Positions 16,992 to 26,600 of a stretch of DNA of 64,000 bases are shown here, piece by piece. Both the position numbers and the translations under genes were made by a program. A model generated the notes under the pieces. It was not told the origin of the DNA and did not search any database. It saw nothing but the letters and a program-made list of their open reading frames with translations. Position 1 is the stretch's first letter. Every line of letters starts with the position of its first letter. Origin of the DNA: Bacteroidales bacterium. GTDB taxonomy: Bacteria; Bacteroidota; Bacteroidia; Bacteroidales; FEN-979. The DNA is taken from positions 1,059,074 to 1,123,073 of the forward strand of contig OY759717.1 of NCBI GenBank assembly GCA_963662525.1, in the 5' to 3' direction.

Positions 16992-19439
16992 TTAGTTGAT
17001 CACAATTTTCTTCCAGAGATTTCCTGCAGATGTTTTAAGCTGGAGGAGATACATCCCCATTGGAGCTTTAACGTCATTTACCTGGAAATTATTGAGTCCC
17101 TGGCTGATATTTGTTTCTTTTGTCCATACAACCCTTCCGTCAAAGCCAAGCAGGTTCAGGGTAACTGTTTCGCTGTTTTTAGCCTGGAACCTGAGGTTAA
17201 AATGGTCGGCTGTGGGATTGGGAAATACGGTCAGGTCGGAAATCAATGCATTTTGTTCATTGATTCCATCATGGGGTTTGAATGTAATCCTTACGGTATC
17301 AGACTGTACACCGTATGAATCGGTTACCCGGCAGTATACTTTTTTGGTGCCGAAGCCTACTCCAGAAGAATCAATGTGAACGATCTGTGTGAGATCGCCG
17401 GTAGACCAGACATAGGTAGTGAACTGCCCGGCATCCAGGGTTACAACCTCATCGCCAAACACGGTTTGATCAGGTCCCAGATCGAGTACCGGATGGTCGC
17501 TGACCGGAATTGCCAGGCTGAAGCGATCGGTAAATTCCTGAAAGTAAAGGTTGGCAATCAATGCATCATGAATAACAATACTGTTTTCGTCATTGCTGAC
17601 ATTGGCAGCATCACTCCAGTTATGCGAACCTGTCCAGGTAAAGGGATCAGAAGTGGGATTGGATTGATCCACCACCATCATCTTGCTATGAAGTAATCCT
17701 TGTTCGTGGTATTCACGGAAATTATTTCCCAAAGCTGTACCAAGTTCTGCAACAACGGTGGCATCGGATGTGGCGCGATTGGAAATCACTACCTTGGAAT
17801 TTACTCCGGCCTGGGATTTTGCAATAATTGCATCGCTGATTATATAACGGGTAATAAGCATGGTGCCGATTTCAATATCCGTGTTAGCAGTTTCGATATG
17901 ATTGATAATTTGCTGGTTTACACCATCGCTGGGACTGAAATAAACTTCCACCCGTTTTCCGCCGATGATCAGTTCATGAGGTGTGTTATCCGACTTTGCA
18001 GGTCCGAACTTAGCTGCAGCAGGATTCGGAGTTATCGTAGAAGAACCGTACATTTCTTCGAATTCAAGGGTATACACCTTAGCCAGACTTGCATCCTGAA
18101 TAAACAACACATTGTTGGCATCGGTATTAATATTCTGGTCGGTCCAGTTACAGGAACCGGTCCAGACGATAGGTTCATTGGGATTGGATGATTGGCCATC
18201 GATGATCATAAATTTATCATGCATGATACCTGTAGTCACGGGGCGGGCAATTTTTCCGATACCGGCATTGAGTTCCTGCATGGCAGAATTGTTGGTTCCC
18301 CCGTCGGTAACGATACGAACCCTGACACCCCTGGCATTGGCTGAATTCAACGCACCAGCGATGCTGCTGATGCCTTCAACATTGAAGTTGTAGATAGCAA
18401 TATCAATGGTTTTTGTGGCGCGGTTGATATAGGCAATACAGGTATCATCCACAGCGCGGAAAATTTGTATGGCTTTTTCAGACGTTGCCACTGTGGTATC
18501 CACCGGGCGTGTGAAATAAACCTTAAAGGTACCGCTGGAAGTTGATTGGGTGATGAAGCTTTTCAGTCCGGACCATCCGGTATCCGGAGCGGCAACTGAG
18601 AAAGCCTGAACATAAATCAGGTCGGAAGCGTTGAGCCCGGAAAGGTTAATGGTATGGGTAAGACCGGTTCCTGATGAAGGAATATGTCCGAGCTCCAGCG
18701 AAGGAGTACGTCCATAAAACAACTCGCTTGTACCGGCAATATTCGTTGACCATCTTAAAGAGAATCCACTGCTTGTAATATTGCTGACTGAAAGCGGGGT
18801 GGTAAACAAAATAGAGCTGCCGGCAGCAATATCATCTCTATCGCGCAGCAGGAATTGATAACCCGCTGCCGGATTTGAATAATGGAACTGGGAACAAATA
18901 CCGGTCAGGGTAACTTCATCGGCAGGAATGATCTGCCCGACGAGATTCGAATTATTATTAACACGTACCTGGGCTGTTTGTCCTCCGGCAGTAACATTAT
19001 AATTGGTATTTCCTGCAAAAACGCCACCGGCGTTGGCAAAAGTGACGCCTTCCATTTTCACCAGCATGGCTTCGTTGGTCTCGTTCATCCCAGCGGGAGT
19101 GATGACAAGGGGTTCAGGAAGATTAACGGGGGCAATAGCAGTAAATGAACTCACCGGATCCAGTTCGAGTAACTGGTTATAAAACTTGGTCACTCCGGTG
19201 ATCAATATCGAGTCGCCCCTGACGACTGAACCCAGGGTGTTGCTGTATGCGGCAATACCGGCCGTACCATCCTGAAGATAACGGATAGTGCCAAGTTCCG
19301 GGCCATTGGTCACAACGCCTCTGACAGTTACAGTTGATCCTTCAGGTAAAGCCTTTGCCGCTGCAATGGTAATCGCCTGAGAGAAACCCTGAAGTCCAAA
19401 GATCGTCAGGAAAATGATTAAAGAAGCAATTTTTTTCAT
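16992..19439 (-). CDS. T9SS-secreted phospholipase D-superfamily protein with two HKD motifs (possible nuclease/phosphodiesterase)
   Basis: Domains in order are as follows:
- signal peptide;
- N-terminal OB-like domain;
- FN3-like segment;
- HKD motif 1 (MHDKFMIIDG..GSCNWT);
- HKD motif 2 (LHSKMMVVD..GSHNWS);
- sorting domain (LTVFPNPTADHFNLRF..GMYLLQLK). Confidence 0.8.
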   Translation of the reverse strand: MKKIASLIIFLTIFGLQGFSQAITIAAAKALPEGSTVTVRGVVTNGPELGTIRYLQDGTAGIAAYSNTLGSVVRGDSILITGVTKFYNQLLELDPVSSFTAIAPVNLPEPLVITPAGMNETNEAMLVKMEGVTFANAGGVFAGNTNYNVTAGGQTAQVRVNNNSNLVGQIIPADEVTLTGICSQFHYSNPAAGYQFLLRDRDDIAAGSSILFTTPLSVSNITSSGFSLRWSTNIAGTSELFYGRTPSLELGHIPSSGTGLTHTINLSGLNASDLIYVQAFSVAAPDTGWSGLKSFITQSTSSGTFKVYFTRPVDTTVATSEKAIQIFRAVDDTCIAYINRATKTIDIAIYNFNVEGISSIAGALNSANARGVRVRIVTDGGTNNSAMQELNAGIGKIARPVTTGIMHDKFMIIDGQSSNPNEPIVWTGSCNWTDQNINTDANNVLFIQDASLAKVYTLEFEEMYGSSTITPNPAAAKFGPAKSDNTPHELIIGGKRVEVYFSPSDGVNQQIINHIETANTDIEIGTMLITRYIISDAIIAKSQAGVNSKVVISNRATSDATVVAELGTALGNNFREYHEQGLLHSKMMVVDQSNPTSDPFTWTGSHNWSDAANVSNDENSIVIHDALIANLYFQEFTDRFSLAIPVSDHPVLDLGPDQTVFGDEVVTLDAGQFTTYVWSTGDLTQIVHIDSSGVGFGTKKVYCRVTDSYGVQSDTVRITFKPHDGINEQNALISDLTVFPNPTADHFNLRFQAKNSETVTLNLLGFDGRVVWTKETNISQGLNNFQVNDVKAPMGMYLLQLKTSAGNLWKKIVIN

Positions 19440-19513
19440 GTTATTGTTTTTATTTCAGTATTAGATTAGTAACAGGGTAATGAATTAACAGAGTAACAAA
19501 GTTAAACATCTTA

Positions 19514-19545
19514 CTCACCATCTCACAAACTCACCATCTCACCAG
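19514..19545 (+). repeat. octamer tandem array CTCACCAT CTCACAAA CTCACCAT CTCACCAG
   Basis: Read directly. It lies 4 nt beyond the stop codon of the TonB receptor gene. Confidence 0.85.
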
Positions 19546-19549
19546 CTTA

Positions 19550-22429
19550 TTAATAGCTGATAGCGATGGATGCATTAAAAGTTCTTCCCATCCCAAAGAA
19601 AACGCCGGCTGAGGAAGCATCAAATCCAGTGGTTTTGGTAGAATAGGAGTCGTTATTCTTGGCATCAGAAATATAGGTCTGATCCAGGACATTCAATACA
19701 CTCGCTCGCAGATCAAGTTTAAAATTTTTAAAAGTGAACCGATACCCGGCATTCAGATCAACAAGATAGTACACTGGAAGCTGCCAGGAATCAGGAGGAT
19801 TGCCGTCTTTATCCATATAGTTTGGAGTTAAAGATGCCGGATCCATCTGGGAATAATTCTTTGCAAAAAGTGTAAAGCTACCGGATACATACAGGTATTT
19901 AATAATCTCCCATCTCAGGCTTTCCATGAATTGGAATTGAGCAGCATCACCAACATGAACGCCCTTGGCATTAAAGGTAAGGCTATCCAGAAGAGTACCC
20001 GTTGGATCATAAACATAGGCTGTACCTCCCGACATCCATCTCCAGTCACCCCATGCCACAACCTGGTCCCATTGAAGCGAAGAAACAGGTTTCCAGCCAA
20101 ATTCAATTTCGATTCCTTTATGCAGGGCATCTATCCCATTGATATTAACCGGAAAATTGTCTCCGTTAATGGTTACGTATAAAGCCTGATCCAGTGGTCT
20201 GTTCTTCCATTGTGTAAGATAGGCATTAACATTCAACGCTAATTTTTTAGAATTAAAACTATATCCAACTTCAAGAGCTTTAATGATCTCGTTTTTTACA
20301 TTCATGTATTCTTTATTATTATTGTCGAATACATTCTGGAAGCGTGGAGCTTTAGATAAATACCCCAGGTTGATAAATACATTGTTCTTTTTATCGATAT
20401 TGAAATTTGCTCCACCTTTGACAGTAAAGCCGGGAAAATATTTCCATTTCGTTCTCGTCGCATGGGCCTGTGCTGAATTGATATCATAAGCAGCCGGATT
20501 TACTATAGAGAAGGTATCTTTAATGGAACCGTTTTGTTTTATAACGAATATTGTATCGCCGGAAGCATATTGGACATCGCCCCTGCCTTGCGAGTAGGTA
20601 AGATTGTCAATGCCATTATAATAGAAAGTATCACCATATCCTACGGCTTGGGTAAAAGTGTTTCCATCCACAATAATATCTTTTTTCTTGAAATAATCGA
20701 TACGGTTGTAAGCGGATAAAGCTGAAGTCAGATTAATGAATGCTGACCACTTTTCTTTTTTAAATTCCAATTGTGCAAAGATCCCTCCCCAACGAACCAA
20801 TCCATCATTGTAGTAATATATCTTATCGCCAACATACATTTTATCGTATTGATTTTTATTTTTGTTTGCATCATCACGCATGAAGTCACCGCCAAGCAGG
20901 TCGTAAACCTCACCATAATGCTGCCCCTTGTATGTTCTAAGATCAAGTCCTCCTGAAAGGGTAAATGCTGAATTGATCTCCCAGGTAAAGGTAGACAGTA
21001 ATCCATACCAGAAATGGTTGTTCACACTGCTCCTTAGAAGACCCTCTGAACGATGAGTTGGATCATTCATATTGCGGTCGTAATAGCTCTGGTAATTGAT
21101 CAGACCATTCGATAAATCAATATTTGAAAATGTGGATGTGATATAAGCGCCGCTGGAAGTAGTAGAAAAATTACCGGTACCACCTCCGCTTCCAATTGAT
21201 GCGTAAACTATATTGGACCAATAAAATTTATCGTTAATTCTCCAGAAGTCCCTCAGGCTTAACTGGGGTTTAAAATAATAATTCTTGGATTGTGAAAGAT
21301 CTTCTGTTTTATCTAAGTAGATAGGATTTCCTTCATTATCTTTTTCCGTCCATCGATTCAGGTGTCCCCAGTTTGAATTGTAACGGATTCCATAACTGTT
21401 GGTCGAATCAATAAGGCTCTGACGAACCCCAACTTTTGCTGCATACTCCTTATCAAAAGTTGCGATTGACTTCATATACGATCGTTGTGCGTGTTTTTGG
21501 GGTGCGCCCATGGCAGAAAAAGTAAGCAAGTGGCGACCAAGTTTTTTATCTACTCGCAAATAAAAAAACCAGCCTTTGGTCCAGGTGTTATCCACCCAGC
21601 CGTTGCCTTGTTTGTAAGAGCCTGCAATAGTAACTCCCCATCCGTGTTTTAACTGTCCAGTTGTCACTCCGAGAGAAGTACGAAAGAATCCATCACTTCC
21701 GAATTCCTGTTTGACGATACCACCCAGGCTTACATCGATACCTTTGGTAATAATATTCATGGTTCCACCGACGGAAGGCAAAGCCAGCTTTGAAGCGCCA
21801 AGACCGCGCTGGACCTGGATATTCCGGGTAACAGCATCCAGTCCGAACCAGTTCGACCAGTAAACCCAGCCGTTTTCCATATCATTTACCGGGATACCAT
21901 CGATCATCACGGCAAGGTTGCGCTGACTGAAGCCACGGATATTAACACGGGCATCACCATCGCCTCCACCCTGTTGAGTAGCATATACGCCGGGGGTTTT
22001 GTTCAGGATCATGGGGAGGTCACGGGAAGCAAGTCCTTCCTGCATCTGAAGGGGAGTCACCGTTGAAAATGCCACAGGAGTTTCCCTTGTCTTGGCCACA
22101 TCTCCAACTACCTCCACTTCTGTCAGTGTGGGAGTATTCAGTTGAAAATCATAAGTCACATCGGCATCGTTGATCACTACATCGGCTTCCTGCGGAAGAT
22201 AACCAACATAAGAAACTTTCAGGTGGTAGGTTCCTTTTTCGACCTTGATATAATATCTCCCATCCATATCGGCAACAACACCTTTATTGTCTCCGTATAA
22301 AACCGTGGCGCCGATCAGCGTTTCCCCGGAGTTGGCATCTTTGATCACTCCCCTTATCATTCGTTTCTGGGCTAACAGGATAAGCGGAAGGAGCATGATA
22401 AGCAGCAGAAAAGTAAAGCGTTTGGTCAT
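19550..22429 (-). CDS. TonB-dependent outer-membrane receptor with N-terminal carboxypeptidase-regulatory-like domain
   Basis: From ATG 22429 the signal peptide reads MTKRFTFLLLIMLLPLILLAQ. It is followed by a CarbopepD_reg-like domain (GVIKDANSGETLIGATV..DGRYYI), a plug (TEVEVVGD, VNIRGF), and a long barrel. No SusD-like partner is adjacent. Confidence 0.85.
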   Translation of the reverse strand: MTKRFTFLLLIMLLPLILLAQKRMIRGVIKDANSGETLIGATVLYGDNKGVVADMDGRYYIKVEKGTYHLKVSYVGYLPQEADVVINDADVTYDFQLNTPTLTEVEVVGDVAKTRETPVAFSTVTPLQMQEGLASRDLPMILNKTPGVYATQQGGGDGDARVNIRGFSQRNLAVMIDGIPVNDMENGWVYWSNWFGLDAVTRNIQVQRGLGASKLALPSVGGTMNIITKGIDVSLGGIVKQEFGSDGFFRTSLGVTTGQLKHGWGVTIAGSYKQGNGWVDNTWTKGWFFYLRVDKKLGRHLLTFSAMGAPQKHAQRSYMKSIATFDKEYAAKVGVRQSLIDSTNSYGIRYNSNWGHLNRWTEKDNEGNPIYLDKTEDLSQSKNYYFKPQLSLRDFWRINDKFYWSNIVYASIGSGGGTGNFSTTSSGAYITSTFSNIDLSNGLINYQSYYDRNMNDPTHRSEGLLRSSVNNHFWYGLLSTFTWEINSAFTLSGGLDLRTYKGQHYGEVYDLLGGDFMRDDANKNKNQYDKMYVGDKIYYYNDGLVRWGGIFAQLEFKKEKWSAFINLTSALSAYNRIDYFKKKDIIVDGNTFTQAVGYGDTFYYNGIDNLTYSQGRGDVQYASGDTIFVIKQNGSIKDTFSIVNPAAYDINSAQAHATRTKWKYFPGFTVKGGANFNIDKKNNVFINLGYLSKAPRFQNVFDNNNKEYMNVKNEIIKALEVGYSFNSKKLALNVNAYLTQWKNRPLDQALYVTINGDNFPVNINGIDALHKGIEIEFGWKPVSSLQWDQVVAWGDWRWMSGGTAYVYDPTGTLLDSLTFNAKGVHVGDAAQFQFMESLRWEIIKYLYVSGSFTLFAKNYSQMDPASLTPNYMDKDGNPPDSWQLPVYYLVDLNAGYRFTFKNFKLDLRASVLNVLDQTYISDAKNNDSYSTKTTGFDASSAGVFFGMGRTFNASIAISY

Positions 22430-22462
22430 AAGCTGGAAATTAACAATTGTTTTGACACAACA

Positions 22463-22490
22463 TAGGGGCAAACCGAATTGGTTGCCCCTA
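22463..22490. repeat. hairpin TAGGGGCAA-n10-TTGCCCCTA, same stem sequence as the terminator at 13302
   Basis: Read directly. It lies between the LTD gene stop (22521) and the TonB receptor start (22429). Confidence 0.6.
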
Positions 22491-22520
22491 CGAAATCCTG
22501 ATCATCCTTAATATTTGTTC

Positions 22521-23540
22521 CTATTGGATAATAATTTTTTTAATCACCGACTGATTGTCGCCACATAAAATTTTAACAAGATAAATCCCGTCGGGCATAT
22601 CATTCAGTACCACTCTGACTTCTTTCTGGCGTGAGGCAACCGCTTTTAAATATACTGTTTTCCCTACAATAGAAACCACTTCAACAGAAATGATGTTCTG
22701 GTTGGAGACTACGGTAAACTGGTTATTGGTTACCGGATTGGGCTGAACAGAGATACTGAGTGAATTCTGAGGTTCACCAATTCCAGAGGATGATTTGCAA
22801 TCGCACCAGTGAGTGCCAAGGCTGTCGAAAAAGTTAGCCGGTAATGTATCATACTCCAGCAGTGCATAAAAACTGTCAGGAACACCCCCGGTCTGGGTAT
22901 CACCGTAATGGCTCATGGTTATCCTGTCAACACCGTATTTAACAGTATGTTTCCGAACCAGGGTATGACTTTTCGTGAGATATCTTCCGGTTCCGAGAAT
23001 ATAGGGCTTGGTATCAGTCCAGGCACCGGAAGGGCTATAGGTTCCCTGCCAGTTTTTCGGACGGACTCCGATTTCTCCAAAGATATCAATATCTTTCCAC
23101 GTCCCGCTAATCAACTTCTGAAGTGAAACAGCATCATCACCATTCCAGAAAACACAATTCCCTCCGGGGGTGGTTCCGCCATAATCATAGGGAGCGAGCC
23201 AGTTGGCTTTTGCGCGTAATCCTGCCCAAACCATGGTATCCTGACCCGGTTTGGTAGTATCTTGAATGATCACCCAGGTAGAAAACGGGGCAATCGTCCC
23301 GGTAAGCGGAAGGGTGTAAAGCAACTCCTGATCAGAAGTTGTGCTTCCATTAGAGAAGCGAATCAGGCGGTACACATTATCCAGTGTAATCGGAGCAGCT
23401 GTAGGGTTGTACAATTCAACCGCTTTGTTGTTATTCCAGCCTTCCACATGTTCCGACATGAAGATATCAGCGCAGTTAGTTTGCGCAGAAATCAAGCCGG
23501 CTGTAAAAAAAACCGCTAAAAAGAGTAAAAGTTTTTTCAT
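22521..23540 (-). CDS. T9SS-secreted lamin-tail-domain (LTD) protein
   Basis: From ATG 23540 the signal peptide reads MKKLLLFLAVFFTAGLISAQ. The LTD signature is IFMSEHVEGWNNNKAVELYNPT..PITL and NGDDAVSL. The sorting domain reads VQPNPVTNNQFTV..GIYLVKIL. Confidence 0.75.
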   Translation of the reverse strand: MKKLLLFLAVFFTAGLISAQTNCADIFMSEHVEGWNNNKAVELYNPTAAPITLDNVYRLIRFSNGSTTSDQELLYTLPLTGTIAPFSTWVIIQDTTKPGQDTMVWAGLRAKANWLAPYDYGGTTPGGNCVFWNGDDAVSLQKLISGTWKDIDIFGEIGVRPKNWQGTYSPSGAWTDTKPYILGTGRYLTKSHTLVRKHTVKYGVDRITMSHYGDTQTGGVPDSFYALLEYDTLPANFFDSLGTHWCDCKSSSGIGEPQNSLSISVQPNPVTNNQFTVVSNQNIISVEVVSIVGKTVYLKAVASRQKEVRVVLNDMPDGIYLVKILCGDNQSVIKKIIIQ

Positions 23541-23580
23541 ATTAATATTTTTAAAGGTTTCTATTGATAAATTCAATACA

Positions 23581-23614
23581 AAAATAGAAAAAGAAAAGCC
23601 TTGAAAGTTAAGGC
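23581..23614 (-). terminator. rho-independent terminator of mfd
   Basis: On the minus strand, GCCTTAACTTTCAAGGC is followed by TTTTCTTTTTCTATTTT, directly after the mfd stop. Confidence 0.6.
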
Positions 23615-23618
23615 ATCA

Positions 23619-26600
23619 TTAAATGTTAGTAACTTTTTGGAAATAAAAAGGCTCCATACTTATCAAGGCATCATCAATTCCTGAAATATCTTTCAGTATG
23701 ATGAATAACCTGTCTTTTTCTTCCTTCATTTTGCAATACGCGGGATTTTTCTTGATAAAATCAAGGATGGCCGTGAATTGCAGGGATTGATAATAGGGGG
23801 ATTCCGGATTGGAAATAAAATAGGCGGTCAAGCGGTTATTGCGTAAAACAAGTTTTTCAAAGCCTAGCTTTTTCGCCAGCCAGCGCAGGCGTATCGTCTG
23901 TATCAGGGATTCCGTCCGGGCCGGAAGAGGACCAAAGCGATCATTCAATTTCATTTTGAATTTTGTCAGATTGTCTTCGGTTTCTATCGAATCCAGTTCC
24001 TTGTATAAATTGAGGCGCTCTGTAATGTTTGTAACATAACTATCGGGAATGAGGATTTCGAGGTCTGTTTCGATCACACAGTCTTTCACATATGCTTTTG
24101 GCAGATCCTCCAGGAATACATCCCTGAACTCATTTTCTTTCAGTTCAAGCAGGGCCTCGTCCAGGATTTTCTGGTACATTTCATAGCCGATCTCGGAGAT
24201 AAAGCCACTTTGTTCCCCACCCAGGATATTCCCGGCCCCGCGGATATCAAGATCGCGCATGGCAATGCTGAATCCGCTCCCGAGATCAGCAAATTCTTCA
24301 ATGGTTCTCAATCGTTTCCGGGCTTCATCGGTAAGGGTCGACATGGGAGGAGCCAGCAGATAACAGAATGCTTTTTTATTGGACCGGCCAACCCTTCCCC
24401 TGAGCTGATGTAAATCACTCAGGCCATAATGATGGGCATCGTTGATAATAATGGTATTGACATTGGGGATGTCGAGTCCCGATTCGATGATGGTGGTAGA
24501 AACCAGTACATCATATTCCCCTTCAATGAAATCAATCATGATCCGTTCCAGCTTAACTCCATCCATCTGTCCGTGAGCAATGGCAATCTTCGCTTTGGGG
24601 ACGGCCCGCTGAATCATACCAGTAACATCGAGAATATTCTGAACTCTCGTATTCACAAAGAACACCTGTCCTCCTCTTCCAATCTCATCATTGATGGCTT
24701 CCCGGATGATTTCCTCTCCGAATGGATGAATTTCGGTCTGTACCGGATAACGGTTAGGAGGAGGCGTATTGATGATAGAAAGATCGCGGGCGCCCATCAA
24801 TGAAAATTGCAGGGTTCGTGGAATAGGTGTTGCCGTTAAAGTAAGGGTATCCACATTCACCTTGAGCTGTTTGATCTTTTCCTTGGCCCCAACTCCGAAC
24901 TTTTGCTCTTCATCGATGATCAACAGACCGAGGTCCTTGAATTTTATATCTTTACTAAGCAAGCGATGGGTTCCGATCAGAATATCGATTTTTCCGGATT
25001 CCAGGTCCTGAAGCAATTGTTTTTGTGCCTGTGTCGACCTGAACCGGCTGATATAATCGACCTTCCCAGGTAATTCCTTCAGACGATCAGAAAATGTTTT
25101 ATAATGTTGTAAAGCGAGAATGGTCGTCGGCACGAGCACTGCCACCTGCCTGCTTTCCGTGATCACTTTAAAGGCAGCCCTGATAGCAATCTCCGTCTTT
25201 CCAAAGCCCACATCACCGCATACCAGGCGATCCATGGGATAGGTTTCCTCGAGATCTTTTTTCACATCAATGGTCGCCTTCAGCTGATCGGGAGTATCTT
25301 CATAAATGAAAGAAGCTTCCAGCTCATTCTGCAAATAGGTATCCGGTGTACATGCAAACCCCTGGGTAGCGCGGCGTTCAGCATATAACCTGATCAGGTC
25401 CTTGGCAATATCCTTGACCCTGCTTTTTGTTTTAGTCTTCAGCTTATTCCAGGCATCCGAACCAAGGCGGTTCAGGACAGGTGCTGTACCTTCTTTTCCG
25501 CCGAATTTAGTGATCCGGTGAAGGGAATGAATACTTACATAAAGCAGGTCATCATTCTTGTATATGAGCCGTATTGCTTCCTGCTCCTTTCCGTTATTAA
25601 CAATCTTTTCAAGCCCATCGAATCGCCCGACCCCATGATCGATATGGGTTACAAAATCACCGGGTTTGAGATCATACAGCTCCTTCAGGGTAAGGGCTTC
25701 TTTACTGGCATACCCATCCCTGAGATGAAAACGGTGGTAACGCTCAAAAATCTGGTGATCAGTATAGCAGGCAAGCTTCAGGTCCTTGTCGATAAACCCC
25801 TCATGCAGGGAAAAATTAATCGTTTCGTACAAGGCCGGGTTTTCGGTTTGCCGACTTATTTCAGATGACGGGTGAGGAGTGACAGATAACTGATCCGAGA
25901 TGATATTTTGAAGTCTTTCCGCCTGTTTCGGGTTATCGGCCAACAGCATATTTTGATAACCTTCAGAAGCATTCTGGTTCAGGTTGCTGATCAGCAGGTC
26001 GAAATTTTTATTGAAGGAAGGTTGCGGAATGACATTAAAATTGACTTTCTGCGCGGTTTTAAAGAAGAAATGGTTTCCGAATTCCAGGCTGGAAAAGGAA
26101 AGCAGGGAGCGAAGGAATTCGCTTCCTGGCAACAACAGGTCGGAGACAGGTTGTTTATCCATGATATCCGACATATAAGCAGCATCATCCAGCCAGATCA
26201 TGGTGTTTTCAGGCAGGAATGAGAAAAGTGGTTCATAGGGAATTTTCTTTCCCGGGTTGATCCTGATATCAGGGACTATAGATATCTCCGTTTTTTTTTC
26301 AATCGACAACTGGGTGGAAGGATCAAAGGTCCGGATGGAGTCAACTTTATCGTCGAGGAATGATATGCGGTAAGGATGATCGCTGCTGAAAGAATAAACA
26401 TCAACCAATCCTCCTCTCAGGGAGAACTGCCCTGGTTCAATGACGAAGTCAGCCCTTTCGAACTCATATTCAACCAGCAGGTCGAGGATGAAATCCATGT
26501 TGACCTGTTCCCCGACAGAGAGTTTCAGGGTGTTTTTCTCCAGGAACTTTTTATTAACCACTTTTTCGGCAAGGGCTTCCGGATAAGTAACCAGCAAGAA

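Noticed and set aside
16177-18191. 155-aa (16177-16644) and 163-aa (17700-18191) plus-strand ORFs
   Set aside because: They are antisense to the GT2 and PLD genes respectively. No motifs are present, so both are shadow ORFs.
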